NCBI GenBank assembly: GCA_951406725.2 | Contig: OX597821.1 | Location: 24,118,001-24,182,000 of the forward strand | DNA length: 64,000 nucleotides | Source of the DNA: Octopus vulgaris | Lineage: Eukaryota | Direction: 5' to 3' | Part shown: one piece after another, positions 49,483 to 64,000 of the stretch | Layout of the letters: each line of letters starts with the position of its first letter | How positions within the stretch are numbered: the stretch's first letter is position 1 | Made by a program: the position numbers and the translations under genes | The notes under the pieces: generated by a model | The model's input: only the letters and a program-made list of their open reading frames with translations | What the model was told of the DNA's origin: nothing | The model's database searches: none

Positions 49483-51815
49483 TCCTTCGTAACACAGTGT
49501 AGGTAAAAATGCACCAGTGTCTTTAGTCATATGTCAAGTCACAACAAGGACCTAAAACAGATAATACTTTCCTTAAGATGTGCGCTGTGCCCAATAAGGT
49601 TGCTTTTTGCAAGACATCAATCTTGCATGAGATTTCCAGTTGCCTTAAGAAGTTTTGAAGTCTCAATGGGATTGAGCCCAGCACTCCGATCACCACTGGT
49701 CTCTCTTTTATATTACCCTCTCGCATTCCATACAGTCATGCCATTTCCACTTTCAATTAGAAGTACTTGGTGATTTTTCAACCTCTTTACTCACAACATT
49801 CATGTCATTTGCTATGGCTACATCAATGATCTGACAGTATTTGTCTCTCTTATTCAATATGACAATTTCCGGCCGATGGTGTTCGATTACACGATTCATC
49901 TGAAAATCATAGTCCCAGAGTATCATTACTTTTCCATCCTCCTGGATAACTTTACTTGGTACACGCTCATACCAGTTCTCTGAGCCAATGAAGATACGCA
50001 CACACTTTATCGTGGCGGCGCTTGTATTCTTTTTGTGTAAGGCTCTCACATCCACTTACCAAGTGGGTCACAGTTTCCACATTCTTTCCACAGAGTCTGC
50101 ATTTCTGGGTGTCAGAAGTTTTATAAATGTTATACTTCACTGAATTGGTAGCGGGAGCCTGGTCTTGTGCAGCCATGATCAGGCTTTCGGTGGTACGCTT
50201 CAAATCGCTTCGCTCTTGTGTATCCCTTTCAAACTGTCCATGCATTCTCATTTCAAGGTCTCCATTTCTCTTCTCCTCAGCTCTTTGGTTAAACTCTTCC
50301 TTGCCCATCATTTCATCTGCATTTACACCCAAGTCTTTCGCGGCATATTGCAGCAGGTCTTCATCACTATTTATCAAATACTCGGCAAGCGTTCTCCTTT
50401 CACTCCTTATACAATGGTCTATACTAATTAGTCCTCTGCCACCATTCTTTCTTTTCATATACACTGTGTTTACGTTTGCTTTGGGGTATAGCGTCCCATG
50501 CATCGTCACCAACTTTCTCGTCCTTCTATTCACTGTTGATATTTCCTGCCCAGATATTCATTGTGGTAATCAAATGTTTGGTCTTCAGGTTGGATTTCAA
50601 CACCATATTCACCCTTTTTTTTATACACCTCACTGACCATGACTTTCATTTCTCTGTGTAGAATGTCATCCAGCTCCAAAATCCCTAAATATTCATACCC
50701 ACTACCGTCGGGTTCACCCATGGACTCTCTTGATGGTAACCGCAGTCGGATGCTTTCTTTCCTCTTTTCATACTGACCATTTAGTGATCCCAAATTCCAT
50801 ACCGATGTCCCTACCACACTTCTGGACTGTTTTGGTTAAGGAATCTATCTGTTTTTCAGAATTCCCAAACAATTTACGGTCATCCATAAACAGATGCTTC
50901 AATGATGGGTCTTCCTTCCCACATCGGTAACCCATCTTAACTTTCCTAAGTGTCATTGTTATGGGTATTAGTGCAATTACAAAAAGTAACGGTGAAAACA
51001 AGCCACCTTGGAAGATTCCCCCTTTAATACTAACTTCTCCAAGGAATACATTACTTGAGTACAGTTTGATTTTCCACTCTTTCATGCTATGCATAAAAAA
51101 AAATTTGATGTTGTCAGCAACACCAAACATCTTCAGGCATTCAACTATCCAAGAACGATCCATATCATATGCCTTCTTAAAGTCAATCTAAGCCATAGAC
51201 ATGTTTGTATGATGTTTTTTTACAATGCCTCAAAACTGTTTTATCGATGACCAGGTGATCCTTGGTACCCTGAGAACTCTTCCTACATCCTTTTTCTTCC
51301 CTTGGTAGTATTTGTGCATGTGCCAGGAAAGTGTATGCCTTTGCCGCACATATTCCAGTGAGTATCTTCCAGATTATGTTTAGGCATGCTATGGGACGGT
51401 AGTTTCCCACAATATTCCTCTTTCTGCTATCTTTCATTAAAAGTGTTGTCCTCCCAGTCACCATCCATGCGGTGACTGTACCTTTCTGGACATACTCATT
51501 CAATTGGGCTGCTAGTCTTTCATGTACCGCGTGGCATCTCTACAGCTAGGAGCCATGAATCCCATCTGGTTCGGGGGCTTTGCCCACTTGTTCTCTCACA
51601 TCACCCATGCTTATGATAATATTCCTTTGTTTTTGCCTCCTTGTAATTCTGTCTTGATAGTTTCTATCCACATTGCATCCCTTTTATGCACCAAATTGTT
51701 TCCCCATAATCCACTCCAGAACTCCTTGGCTTGATTTGCATCAGGAGCAGCAATATCTTCCTTCTTGTCTCTTTCTTACGTTCGGAAGAATTGCTTCGAG
51801 ATATTTTTGAACAAT
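49483..51815 (-). mobile_element. 5'-truncated R4/Dong-like LINE (RT, CCHC knuckle, restriction-like endonuclease), frameshifted, in (TAA)n
   Basis: NYRPIACLNIIWK, EEKGCRK..GTKDHL, GIFQGGLFSPLLF, HLFMDD, AAQDQ, CRLCGKNVETVTHLVSGC, ILWD..HHRPEIV..IIDVAI and LQKATLLGTAHILRKVL. TAA repeats on both flanks in the element's sense. Confidence 0.9.
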
Positions 51816-51890
51816 CTTCTTCTTCTTCTTCTTCTTCTTCTTCTTCTTCTTCTTCTTCTTCTTCTTCTTCTTCTTCTTCTTCTTCTTCTT

Positions 51891-51956
<66 letters not shown>
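51816..51956. repeat. Compound microsatellite, about (TTC)35 then (TTA)12
   Basis: Directly visible; abuts the 5' truncation point of the LINE. Confidence 0.95.
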
Positions 51957-53521
51957 GTCAAAATTAAAAGAAGAGTGCCATTGTCATCTAGTGAACGATA
52001 TTTCGACATCTTGTGTGTCTTCAACAGGTTCAAAAAATTATTTTGTCAATTTACTTCATTTTGGTTAATATATAAATGATTGAGGTAACTCCTCCAGAAG
52101 ATATAGAGTCAAAATTAGAAGAATAGTGCACCTGGGGGACGACTTCCTCATGACGCAGGGTGTTGAAACACATGAAAGTCATAGACAGGCGAGACAACTC
52201 GCCTCCAATCCCACTCAGCAGTGATGGATACCGATATTTCATCATTTTTTTGTGGCTTATCAGTATCACGCACTTGAGTTGAACCGGAGACGAATCGAAT
52301 CGCCAGTCTGTGACTATATATAAATAATGTAAAATCTATTTGCTGGTATGCGACGAGATGCATGCGTAAGATTAAATTCAATAACAAATTAAAAGCAGCG
52401 CTAGTGTTGTAAACATTATCGACTGCACATACTTAATGTATATGTTTTGGTTCTTCGAACGAAGGAGTCATAGTTACGTCGCTTCCTCTCTTTGCTTCTT
52501 TTATCGCCACAATAACCGCACCGCTTCTTTGAACTGGCTGCCCTTACCACATACACCAGTGTCACACAAGTCCACATTACTCGCACATTTCTGCTTATTC
52601 TGTCTCCCTTACTGTATCACCACCCAGACGCTGTTTCAGTAAAAACTCTGCCATATCCTTACCATATCTGAAAGTTACCACACCTGATCAAAATTTTCCT
52701 GTAAGTATCAATCGATAGAAGTTCAACATCGATCTCACCAGCCTCGAATATCTCCGTTGAAATCATTTACTGCTGCTGTCCTGTTCACTTTTGACTAAAT
52801 TAACTTACTGAGGGATCAACAGTAGCTACCCACTCATCCCCTTATGCTAAACTTAGAAATCATTATACATACACGTACACACGGGCGCGCGCGCGCAATA
52901 CGGTTCCTCGATTTCAGAGCATAAACTCAAGTGAAGAGGAACAATTAAAATTATGAATATATGTCAGATGACAAATCATACATTATCACGCGAGTAGGAG
53001 TAATTTCGCCGATGTTTGAATTTTATCGGTTTGATTATGTGAACTGATGTGAATTTTGAGAATAAACAAAATAGAGAAAACAAATACTTGAAATTTATGT
53101 TATAAAACAAATAATTTTCTAACACCTTGTTTTCGATTGGTCAAAATGGTTGGCACCACTCAATTACAGCGTTTTGCTTTTCTTCTTCTGAAATAAATAT
53201 ATAGACAGGTAGACAGATAGACCAACATACAGACAAATAGATAGAGGGTAAGGTTGACAGGTAGATAGATTTTTAGACTAAGAAGTAGATGGTTAGATAG
53301 ATAGTTAGACAAATAGATCGATAGATAAATAGACAGATGGTTAGATAATATAGATGGATAGTTTCACACATAGATAGAAGGTTAGGCTTCATTTTTGTAT
53401 TTGGTTTTCAAGATTCATCATATGAACTCGTGTGTTGAAACAAATCCTGTTGTATCTAAGGCAGGTCATTATGCCTATGACAATGTACACGTATTTATTA
53501 TTGGCGCTAGAAAGATAGCTG

Positions 53522-53905
53522 TGGCACTCCGTCGCTTACGACGACGAGGGTTCCAGTTGATCCGGTCAACGGAACAACCTGCTCATGAAATTAACGTGCA
53601 AGTGGTTGAGTACTCCACAGACACGTGTACCCTTAACGTAGTTCTCGGGGATATTCAGCGTGACATAGTGTGACAAGGCCAACCCTTTGAATTACAGGCA
53701 CAACAGAAACAAGAAGTAAGAGTGAGAGAAAGCTGTACAGCAGGTACAGGGTACAGCAGGGTTCGACACCATCCCCTGCCGGAGCGTCGTGGAGTTTGAG
53801 GTGTTTTCGCTCAATAAACACTCACAATGCCCAGTCTGGGAATCGAAACCATGGTCCTATGACCGTGAGTCCGCTGCCCTAACCACTGGGCCATTGCGCC
53901 TCCAC
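53522..53905 (-). mobile_element. tRNA-derived SINE (40496 family)
   Basis: High similarity to 40500-40881. Confidence 0.9.
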
Positions 53906-54129
53906 GCTAGATAGATAGATAGATAGATAGATATGTTTCTTTATTAGCCACACAGGGCTGCACACAGATAGAACAAATTACAAGGTAGAGCTTTTCTTTT
54001 GAAGGTTTAAAAAAAAAAAAAAATAAATAAATTAAAAAAAAAAAATAAAATAAAAAATAAAATAAAATAAAAAAGGGGGGTCGATCAAAAGGGATCGTAA
54101 AAGGAGAGAAAGAGGACAAAAAAGGGGGG

Positions 54130-54162
54130 TTATAGATAGATAGATAGATAGATAGATAGATG

Positions 54163-54241
<79 letters not shown>

Positions 54242-54370
54242 TGAATCACACAGAGAAAGACTAACGGACAGACAAATATACAGACAGAAAGACAGACAAA
54301 TAGATAGACAAACAGAGAAAGAGAAAAAGCGAGAGAGAAAGAGAAAGAGAGAAAGAGAGAGAGAGTGAGA

Positions 54371-54425
<55 letters not shown>

Positions 54426-55623
54426 GACTGATTGATTGATTGATTGGTTGATTAATTGAAAAGTAGATAGATACATGATCACTCATAAACTGAAATCGGT
54501 GAAAGCGGTTGTTGCCTTCCCGCCAAAGCTTTGGCCTTGTATCCGTGTTAGAAATTACTTTACTACAAACGCACTCAAACTGTGTCAGTGACCAGATCAC
54601 TGATGTAATATTTTGACATTTTATTGTGATATAATAATTTTGTAATATAATAATATCTGGAAATGAAAACCGAATGTATCTGTTTATGCCTGTGTGATTT
54701 AAACAGCTCTCATCACTCCACAACGATGTGGTTGTTTATGTGTGTGTATGTGTGTGTGCATAAGTATGCAAGTATGTATATATGTGAGTATACATATGCA
54801 CACACGCGCGCACACAGACATACAAACGCACACTCACTCACACACATACATACACACACACACATACGCATACACACACGCATACGCACATAAATATAAA
54901 CACATCATATATGCATTGGTGGAGCTCAGCAAGGTTGACTATTCATGGCTGGCAAACGTTCCCAGCAAGTTGTATGTATGTATGTATGTATGTAAGTATG
55001 TATGTATGTATGTATGTGTGTGTATGTATGTTTGTATGTATGTATGTATGTATGTGTGTGTATGTATGCATACATGCATGTATGTATGTATGTATGTATG
55101 TATGCATGTATGTATGTATGTATGTTTGTATGTATGTTTGTATGTATGCATGTGTGTGTGTATATGTATGTACGTATGTATGTATGTATGTATGTTTGTG
55201 TGTATGTATGTATGTATGTACGTTTGTATGTATGTATGTGTGTATGTATGTATGTATGTTTGTATGTATGTGTGTGTGTATGTATGTATGTATGTATGTA
55301 TGTATGTATGCATGTTTGTATGTATGTATGTATGTATGCATGTTTGTATGTATGTATGTATGTATGCATGTTTATATGTATGTATGTATGTATGAATGTA
55401 TGTATGTATATACGTATGCATGTATGCATGCATGTACAAGGAAAAAAGAATCGCGTCAGTTTTAACATATCGATTTACAAGTATTATCTTCAAAACTAAC
55501 ATATATCATTCCCAAATATTCCCTAACCACATAGTTCCGGCTTTAGTGCCACTACGTGGAACCTAGAGAATGTATCTTCTACTATAGCCTCACGCCGACC
55601 AAAGTCTGAAAGAAGCCCGTCGT

Positions 55624-55707
<84 letters not shown>

Positions 55708-55730
55708 GTACCTATCTGTTTGTCTGTCTG

Positions 55731-55801
<71 letters not shown>

Positions 55802-55846
55802 GTCTGTCTATCTATCTATCTATGTACCTATCTGTTTGTCTGTCTG

Positions 55847-55907
<61 letters not shown>

Positions 55908-55930
55908 GTATCTGTCTGTCTGTCTATCTG

Positions 55931-55997
<67 letters not shown>

Positions 55998-56004
55998 GTC
56001 TCTG

Positions 56005-56043
<39 letters not shown>

Positions 56044-56045
56044 GT
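54130..56045. repeat. Microsatellite cluster (GATA, GA, TATG, TATC)
   Basis: Directly visible; source of the many spurious low-complexity ORFs. Confidence 0.95.
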
Positions 56046-56189
56046 GTATGTATGCATGCATACACCCCCCCACACATATATATATATATTGATAGAAATG
56101 GCAAGACAACATAAGAATGAAAGAGACCTCAATATTATGTAAATAGAGGAATTTATCTGTAAATATAATAATAATAATTCGGTAGCCAT

Positions 56190-56246
56190 GATAAAACTCC
56201 GAGTTTCGGATGTCTGGGCGGAAACCCACGCATCTCTTCAGTTATC
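56190..56246 (-). ncRNA. Minimal hammerhead ribozyme (CUGAAGA core) in a roughly 170-bp (TA)n-flanked insert (56090-56262)
   Basis: Minus strand: gataa-CTGAAGA-gatg cg tggg tttccg ccca ga catc c-GAAA-ctc g gag-TT-ttatc. Confidence 0.7.
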
Positions 56247-56810
56247 GGGCCATCGAAAAAATATATATGTATATATGTATATATATAATTTTAATCCTTC
56301 AGCTATATATATATATATATTCAGTCCCACTGCGTGGCACCTTGGCCAAGTGTCTTCTACTATAGCTTCGGGCCGACCAAATCCTAGTGAGGGGATTTGG
56401 TTCACGGAAACTAAAAGAACCCCGTCGTATACATGTATATCTATGTGTGTGTGTCTTTGTGTTTGTCCCCACCATTGCTTGAAAACGATGTTGGTGTATT
56501 TACGTCCCCGTACCTTAGCGGTTCGGTACAAGAGACGGAGAGAATGAGTACCAGGCTTAAAAAAGGAAGTACTAGGGTTGACTCATTCGAATAAAATTCT
56601 TCAGGGCGCTGACTCAGCGTGGCCGCAGTCAAATGGCTGAAATAAGCAAAAGACAATAAAAGTTAAGACGATGGAATTGGTGGTGGTGGGATAATGAAGG
56701 TACCAACAACTCGGACAATCGTCCGAGGAACCACCTGTGCTAGAGGACGCATCGTCATGTGTTTGTAAAATCTTTTAACGACAAAGAGAGAAAATGTGAT
56801 GTGAAAATAA

Positions 56811-58490
56811 CACTGGTCAACGAGTATTTTTCATCAAACATATGTCAAAGCATACTCAGTGTATGCTTTAATGCTGATTTCAAAAATGAAATTAGTTTTT
56901 TGAAGAATAAACACAAAATTGTGTATCCCAATTTGGATTCTGCAATGAGACCTGTGCCTCACAATGGAAGTCTGCCAATTCCAGTTCCATCAGATGATGG
57001 TAGTGAAACATCAGATGATGATGCTGACTGTCATGATAGTACTGCCGAGGAAGATTACGCGACTGATGACGATAGCTTTGAACTTCGGAAATTTTCCTAA
57101 GCTGAACAGAATAACCTTGTCAGAGACTTATCCCTCTCAAAAGATAAAGCAGAACTGTTGGCATCAAGGTTGAAGGAGAAGTATCTTCTAGAACACGGTG
57201 TTCGTATAACTTATTTTCGGCAAACGTGTTTTCCTGGCCTGCTTTACTTTTGCAGTAACACCGATGGACTTTTCAAATGTTTATCGCAAAATCATGATCC
57301 TGCAGAGTGGCGTTTGTTTATTAAACGGAATTTAAAAGCTGTACTTCTCCATAATTGTAATTGAAGTCCTCCGTTTCTGTTGCACACTCCGTTTATCTTT
57401 ATGAATCATATGGAACTTTTACTTCTTGCCATTGCCTATGAAAGATACTCCTGGAAAATATGTGGAGATTTAAAAGTCATTGGAACGTAAATGGGAATGC
57501 AGTCAGGTTTCACAAAATACTGTTGTTTCTTGTGTCTATGGGATAGTCAGGCAACTGACAGACATTATTCGGAATTAAACTGGCAGACAAGAACATCATA
57601 CCAGCCAGGACTGTCTAGCGTCAAGAATACACCTCTTGTAGATCCATATAATGTCATATTGCCTCCTTTGCACATAAAGCTTGGACTGATGAAACAGTTT
57701 GTAAAGACACTAGGGAAGAGAAATGTCTGAGGATTTAAGTATATTGTAGAAAAGTTTCCCAAAATCACACAGGCGACGTTGAAAGAGAGTATCTTTGTCG
57801 GACCACAAATTAGAGAGGTACTCAAAGATGTCAACTTCAGGACAACACTGAATGAACTGGAACTGCTTGCCTGGAATGCTTTCAATTGGATCTGTGAGAA
57901 TTTCTTGGGCAACAAGGAGGTATCAAGAACCTACAAGTATGGCATCAAGAATCTTCTGAAATGTTACTCAGCAATAGGTTGTCGCATGTCACTGAAAGTT
58001 CACTTCTTGGACTCCCATCTGGATTTCTTCGCAGATAACCTTGGAGCAGTGTCTAATGAGCATGATGAAAGATTTCGGTAGGACATTAGTGCAATGGAGA
58101 AACGGTTCCAAGGCTTCTGGAATGACAGTATGCCGGCTGACTACTGCTGGAGACTTTACCGTGAAGACCCAGATCAGGAACCCGCAGGAAATCCAAATCA
58201 CAATGTTTCTAACTCTGTTGTTCTAACTTTGTCTGTTTTGTTTGACCCAGTTTTTGTGTATTCACTCTTTGTAAAATGATAGTAATGACTTTTTTATCGC
58301 AATAAACTCATTTACTTTCTAAAAATAATAAGTCCTTATTTATTACGTTAATGATTTCATATATACAAATATGCAAATATTTGCACGTATCTACTAACAA
58401 ACTGATACGTGTTGCATACAAATGAAGTGAAATTTTGAATACAGCATGAAAAATTGGTGTAAAAAAGTTGACTTGCATTCGGATTACCAA
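56811..58490 (+). mobile_element. Chapaev (CMC superfamily, Chapaev3-like) DNA transposon relic with degenerate transposase
   Basis: YPNLDSAMRPVPH, LVRDLSLSKDKAELLASRLKE, ICGDLKV, MQSGFTKYCCFLCLWDS, LPPLHIKLGLMKQFVK, FVGPQIR and MSLKVHFLDSHLDFF..NLGAVSNEHDERF. Starts TAA|CAC. Subterminal inverted motif atgctgatttcaaaaat / attttgaatacagcat. Confidence 0.8.
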
Positions 58491-58644
58491 TTTACAGGTG
58501 CGTGGACTGGAGCAATGTGAAATGAAGTGTTTTGGTCAAGAACACAACGCACCGCCGGTTTGGGAACCGTAACCACTATCACAAGGTCATGAGTGAAGCA
58601 TCCTAACCATAACCACTAGGGTACACGCGCGCGCGCGCATACAC

Positions 58645-58824
58645 TTTTCCTTGTTTTCGTCTGCTGCCACGCAGAGGTACCGTCTTGACGGATTTTAGTC
58701 GAAGTATTGACCCTAGTACTTATTCTTTGTTTTAGCCTTATTATATCAGTGTCTTTTTGCCGAACCGCTAGGTAAGCGAATGTAAACAAACCAGCACTGG
58801 TTGTCAAGCGGGGATGACGCACAC

Positions 58825-58907
<83 letters not shown>

Positions 58908-59080
58908 ATCTATATACGACGGGCATCTTCCAGTTTCTGTCTACCAAATCCACTCACAAAGGCTTTGGTCGGCCCAGGGTTATAGTAGAAAACATTTGCC
59001 GAATGTGTCACAGAATGGGACTGAACTCGGAACAAAGTGGTTGGGAAGCAAACTTCTTTCTACACAGCTACGCCTGCAGC
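58645..59080 (-). mobile_element. Diverged SINE (2156-related) with internal (TATC)n
   Basis: Reverse complement of SINE head and body. Confidence 0.75.
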
Positions 59081-60094
59081 TTTGATATATAAAAAAAGTT
59101 ACTTCTCGACGAGACAAATAATGACCCCACCCACAATAAAAAAAAAGAAAGAAAAATAGAAAAACACGATGAAATAAAAAATATTTTTCATTCTTTCATT
59201 CCTTTTAAATGTCGGAATAATTAACCAATGCCAGACATTTATTTTTTTCTAATCTGACTCCAAATATTCAATTTTATCAGCTGCCATTTCTTCGAGAAAC
59301 TCGAGACAAATCTACGAAAATTATGAGATTCAACCCTTTTCCTGTGGAAAGCAGATATATCCACTCAAAATTTCATTACCCCCTCCACTGAGGAAAACAG
59401 TTTTATATACGAGTCTGTCTTTTGTTTAGGAATGTTATGTTTGAAACTATTTTCTTTTGAGATACGTCAAGTTCACCGAGGCAACGTGACCTGCAGAAAA
59501 TGCCAATTCTATTTTTTGGTAGATATTTAACATTATTACCGGAATAATCATAAAATTTAAATTCACAGCTAAAGAGTTAAATGAAGAGCGTTCTTATGGT
59601 GGTGCTGTTGTTGAGTTCTGAGGGTGGTTGTTGTGTCTGGATTGAGTTAGGGGTGGGGGTGAGGGTGAGGGTTTATAGCGTTGTCAAGATGGTCGAGTGG
59701 GTGGAATATTGTTAGGGTGGTATTGTGGTGTTTTGGACTGGTTGCTGATGTGTCTGTACTGAGTGGGTCGCGTAGTCTAATACTGTGTGTATGAGAAAGA
59801 GAGAGAGAGGGGGGGAGTGAGAAAAATAGAGATAGATAGATAAATAGATAAATAGATAGATATATAGATAGATAGATATATAGATAGATAGATATATAGA
59901 TAGATAGATAGAGAGAGAGAGAGACAGAGAGACAGAGACAGAGAGAAAGAAAGGGAGAGAGAGAAAAAGAGAGAGATAGAGAGAGAGAGAGAGAGACAGA
60001 GACAGAGAGAAAGAAAGTGAGAGAGAGAAAAGGAGAGAGAGAGAAAGAAAGGGAGAGAGAGAAAAAGAGAGAGGGGGAAGAAAGGGAGATAGAG

Positions 60095-60153
<59 letters not shown>

Positions 60154-60542
60154 GCGAGAACGTTGTCTCTTCCGATTATCAGTAATACATGTCTACTTGT
60201 GAGTGGCTGTTTGATATTCAGGGATCATATGAAATTTCAAGCCCATAGTGACCATATGGCATTCTAGCGTTACTCTTACTTTTGTACTTATTACCCAACT
60301 ACATCGAGCTACAAAGGCGCCTATGAGCCAAGAGTCACTATCACATACTATATACTCCTGATTGTTATCCTTGTATTTCGTTTCCCCGTGGACTGGAGCA
60401 CAAGCTTATGAGCGGGTGTTTTGCGTGACATGTCTGTCTGTCATTGTGCCTCATTGTCGGTTTTAAAGGTCAGGCAGATAAGGCTGTAGATTGTGCCCCC
60501 ACCTCTATATGTACAAGATGCAAGCCCAGACATTATCTAGAG

Positions 60543-60795
60543 AAAGTGGTTCACAACCGGGATCCATACGACTCTTGCGGCTCCATATAAGATTTTGTTG
60601 CTAAAGTTTAAGTGCAATAAATTGATTATGCTTCTATAACACCAAATATTTTAACAATTTTTAAATACAATTTCTAATAATATTTATTTATGAAAATATA
60701 ATAGGATTTCTTAAACATGGAATGGTTATGAGGGTCCACCCGAGTAAAATAGGAATCAAAGGGGCCCATAGGTGAAAATTGGTTGAGAACCACTG
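60543..60795. mobile_element. hAT (Charlie-like) MITE with 8-bp TSD atctagag
   Basis: TIRs agtggttcacaacc / ggttgagaaccactg. atctagag at 60535-60542 and 60796-60803. A partial relative lies at 20093-20260. Confidence 0.85.
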
Positions 60796-61822
60796 ATCTA
60801 GAGCGTCTATTAACTGGCCCTTCGAGGACACAGAAAGCACCCCATCCAGATGAAGGTATATTTTTTTCTTCGTTCACAACGAATGAATTCTTTGGTCAAA
60901 AAATTAAGTGCTTATGGATGAACTTTGGCAGAGGATGAGTCATACTATGTTCTGTCCACATTAAAAGCATTTTTGGCTGGAAGCTATCTGGGCAAAATTC
61001 TTTTGATGACGATTGTGTCTACATGTCAGTGTCAATGCCTTAATTGTTGTTTTTTCTCAAGCCAGTTCTTAGAACCTTTAAAGAAAACCTATTGCTGTTT
61101 TCTTCTAAAACATAATTCAGTGGTCGCCTATGACATGTAGCGTGAGCAAATTTAAAGCTACTGTCTTTTTTTCGTTATTGTCTTTGTTTAACAATAAATA
61201 TATGTGCGTTGAAATTGTTATTGTTGTAGCTATTGCTAAACGAGTTGTTAATATCACAAACGTTTTTACTAAAAATGTTTTTTTTTTTTTTTCCAAAAAA
61301 GTGTTTTCTTTAACAATATCTTTGTTCTCTTTGCCTTTCTGAAAAGTCAAGGCTTTTGTCTATATTAGGGCGTGTTCGCCGACGTTATTTGTGTTGAATG
61401 TCGGCTAACACACACATATACACACCACACGCAAAACGACTGTTCAAAAATGTCTGATTATTTCCCCCCCGCGTAACAAGCGAGAAAAAGAATAAAATTA
61501 GTGTTCACCTTTCTTTGAATTACTTTCAAAAGAAACAACAGAAAAAGTCACCCAAATTTTGTGAAAAATAAACAAACAAGCAACAACAACAACAACAGCA
61601 ACAACAACGATAATAACATTAACAATATCAATATTTTTTCATTTATTTGCTACCTAGGCTGTTTCATTCATATAAAATATTGTTATAAAATGATCATAGG
61701 GTAAGTGAGGATATATACATATAATTATATAAAAAGCGTCAGGTATGGTTTAAGTGAACGTGACAATATATTATAACATTAAAAATAGGGTAATATACAG
61801 TATAAAGATGAATTACGCAAAA

Positions 61823-61875
<53 letters not shown>

Positions 61876-63299
61876 TAGGCGAAGGATTTCCGGAAGTTAT
61901 CTATAACCCCAGTCCAGGATCAGGCCAGCCGGTTCATTCATGTTCACACCCAGAACGTCGGTCGCGATGTTAGCATAGCTGTTGTTATTACTCTCCTTGT
62001 CAAAATTCATTGCTCTTGTATGTACGAGAGTTTGTATTTATGAAGCTGTTCGTTTGTTGAATTGTCATGTTTGTCTGGTTTTCTTTTTAAGTGCTGCTGT
62101 CCGCGTTTGCTTGTTCAAATGTCATCTTCTCTTTCGCCTTTAAAAAAAAAAATCATTAAGTCTGTGCTGTTGTTTCCACAAATTTCTAATTTTGGGGCGT
62201 TTTCTGGCTAGCACCTCTCACTGCCCCCTCAGAAAAACGGCGCCATAGTAAAAATACGAGGAAATGAATGTTTCAAATTACATCAAACCAACTGAAGTGT
62301 TCTTAAATCCACCCGACAGGAAAAATGCTTTTTATTCTGTACAATGTAGTAAATCAAAATCTTTCATGAAGCTGTGTTAGAACACGTCCACTCAACTCAA
62401 AACGCAGCCACAACAACAGCAATAATAATTCTTTCTAATTTCAGGCCAGCCGGTTCATTCGTATTGACACCCAGAACGTTTCTCCGAAAACGTAATCGCT
62501 GTTCATTATCGCTAGTCGTCTATGGATTGCTAAAGTGTAACTTCTACGATCCCATTGTCCGACTGGTGGCAGGCAGTGATAGACTGACAACATTCTAGAA
62601 GCTAGAATGTTATGTATGAACTAGGACTGTAGCTGCGTTAAAAAGACGAGCTGCGGAAGATGCGCCTTACGGATGGTAATCTTATCCACTCACTATCTGG
62701 GGAACCTCCGCAGATTTCATGGCTTCATTATATTCCTGTGCATGAAGAGCCGTAGCATACAACGGTCCCCGTACATATGGTGCTAGATGAAGATGGACCG
62801 CCTGACCAAAGGAAAGCGTTCGAAGGAATGCGTTCCATCTACAAGAATCCCAAAGTGCAGTCACTCCAGTCCATTTCCGTTCGACCTTTTAGAGATTACT
62901 TCTTGGCCTATTTCTAGGTAAGACTAGTTGTTCTGTATGTGGCCTCATCCCAGTTCCGGGCCGAACCAGACCTCAATCAGTTTAATAAGTCCGTCGGTTC
63001 TGAGCGGTGGCCGTTCAATGAGCAGATATTGCTGTACCTTTCTGTGGTACAGCTTTTGAAGAAGGGACTGAAACCAGCTGCTTTGTGGACAGTCACCAAG
63101 CAGCAAATAAACCTTTGGATGGTTCTCTTTATATCCTTTTGGGTAACCTTTGATGTTAAGTGCATTTAGTGCTGTAGTTGTTGCTAACATCTTTATCACT
63201 AGGTTTCTTTTTTAAAATATCTGTTTCAATTGATTTTGAAAATAATGAAGGATTTAATAAAAGAATTTTGTCATTGTTAAATCGATGTTTGCAAACTTT

Positions 63300-64000
63300 T
63301 ATCTTTTAATAGTTTCAGTCATGGTATCACACATGCATGCAATCGGCCTCTATTTGCCGAACCGTTAAGTTACAGGGTCGTAAACAAACCAACACCAGTT
63401 GTCAAAGCGTGGTGGGTGACAAATGCACACATACATACATACATACATACATACATACATACATACAAATGTATGTATACGTATGCATGTATGCATGAAT
63501 GTATGTGCGTATGTCATTATTCAGTTTTATTTCAAGATTTCTTGCCAATAGAGAAAGAGCAGGATATTTAACTTAGATCCAAGGTTCCTTCATTGGTGAT
63601 TCAACAACACCAACAGAGTACTTTTGTATGTATGTATGTATGTATGTATGTATGTATGTATGTATGTATGTATGTATGTATGTATGTATGTATGTATGTA
63701 TGTATGTATTTATGTATGTATGTATGTTTGTTTGTATTATGTATGTATGTATGTATGTATGTATGTATGTATGTATGTATGTATGTATGTATGTAGGTAT
63801 GTATGTATGTATGTATGTATGTATGTATGTATGTATGTATGTATGTATGCATGTATGTATGTATGTATGTATGTATGTATGTATGTATGTATGTATGTAT
63901 GTATGTATGTATGTATGTATGTATGTATGTATATGTATACAAACACACACACACATGCATACATATATGACGGGCTTCTTTCAGTTTCCGTCAACAATAT
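63300..64000 (-). mobile_element. Diverged SINE with expanded internal (TATG)n, runs off the window edge
   Basis: ccgaaccgttaagttac..taaacaaaccaacaccagttgtcaa and gacgggcttctttcagtttccgtc match the antisense SINE body. Confidence 0.7.

Noticed and set aside
62682-63199. Short GC-richer ORFs and a minus-strand gtgagt donor near 62690
   Set aside because: No recognisable protein and no partner exons, so a gene cannot be supported.

Overview
Eukaryotic, AT-rich, microsatellite-dense DNA, most likely a coleoid cephalopod (Octopus-like). This is inferred from the TGEKPFHCEIC-type zinc-finger array and the SINE content. Only one intact host gene is supported: an 18-finger C2H2 zinc-finger gene on the minus strand (4255-5997) with a single coding exon. 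The rest is a nested transposon landscape: tRNA-derived SINEs, an RTE LINE end, two R4/Dong-like RLE LINEs, mariner and DD37D Tc1/mariner relics, Merlin, Chapaev, a hAT MITE, two non-autonomous Helitrons, and many Penelope-like (PLE) insertions in (TA)n tracts. The main hidden signal is RNA structure. By eye I find nine minimal type-I hammerhead ribozyme motifs in seven separate (TA)n-associated insertions. Several have compensatory core variants (U3-A8, G3-C8) or U4C, and most have a palindromic stem III with little or no loop. One family has a long stem II extension with covarying base pairs. Most predicted ORFs are microsatellite or SINE artefacts. All folds and family assignments were made by inspection; nothing was computed or searched.
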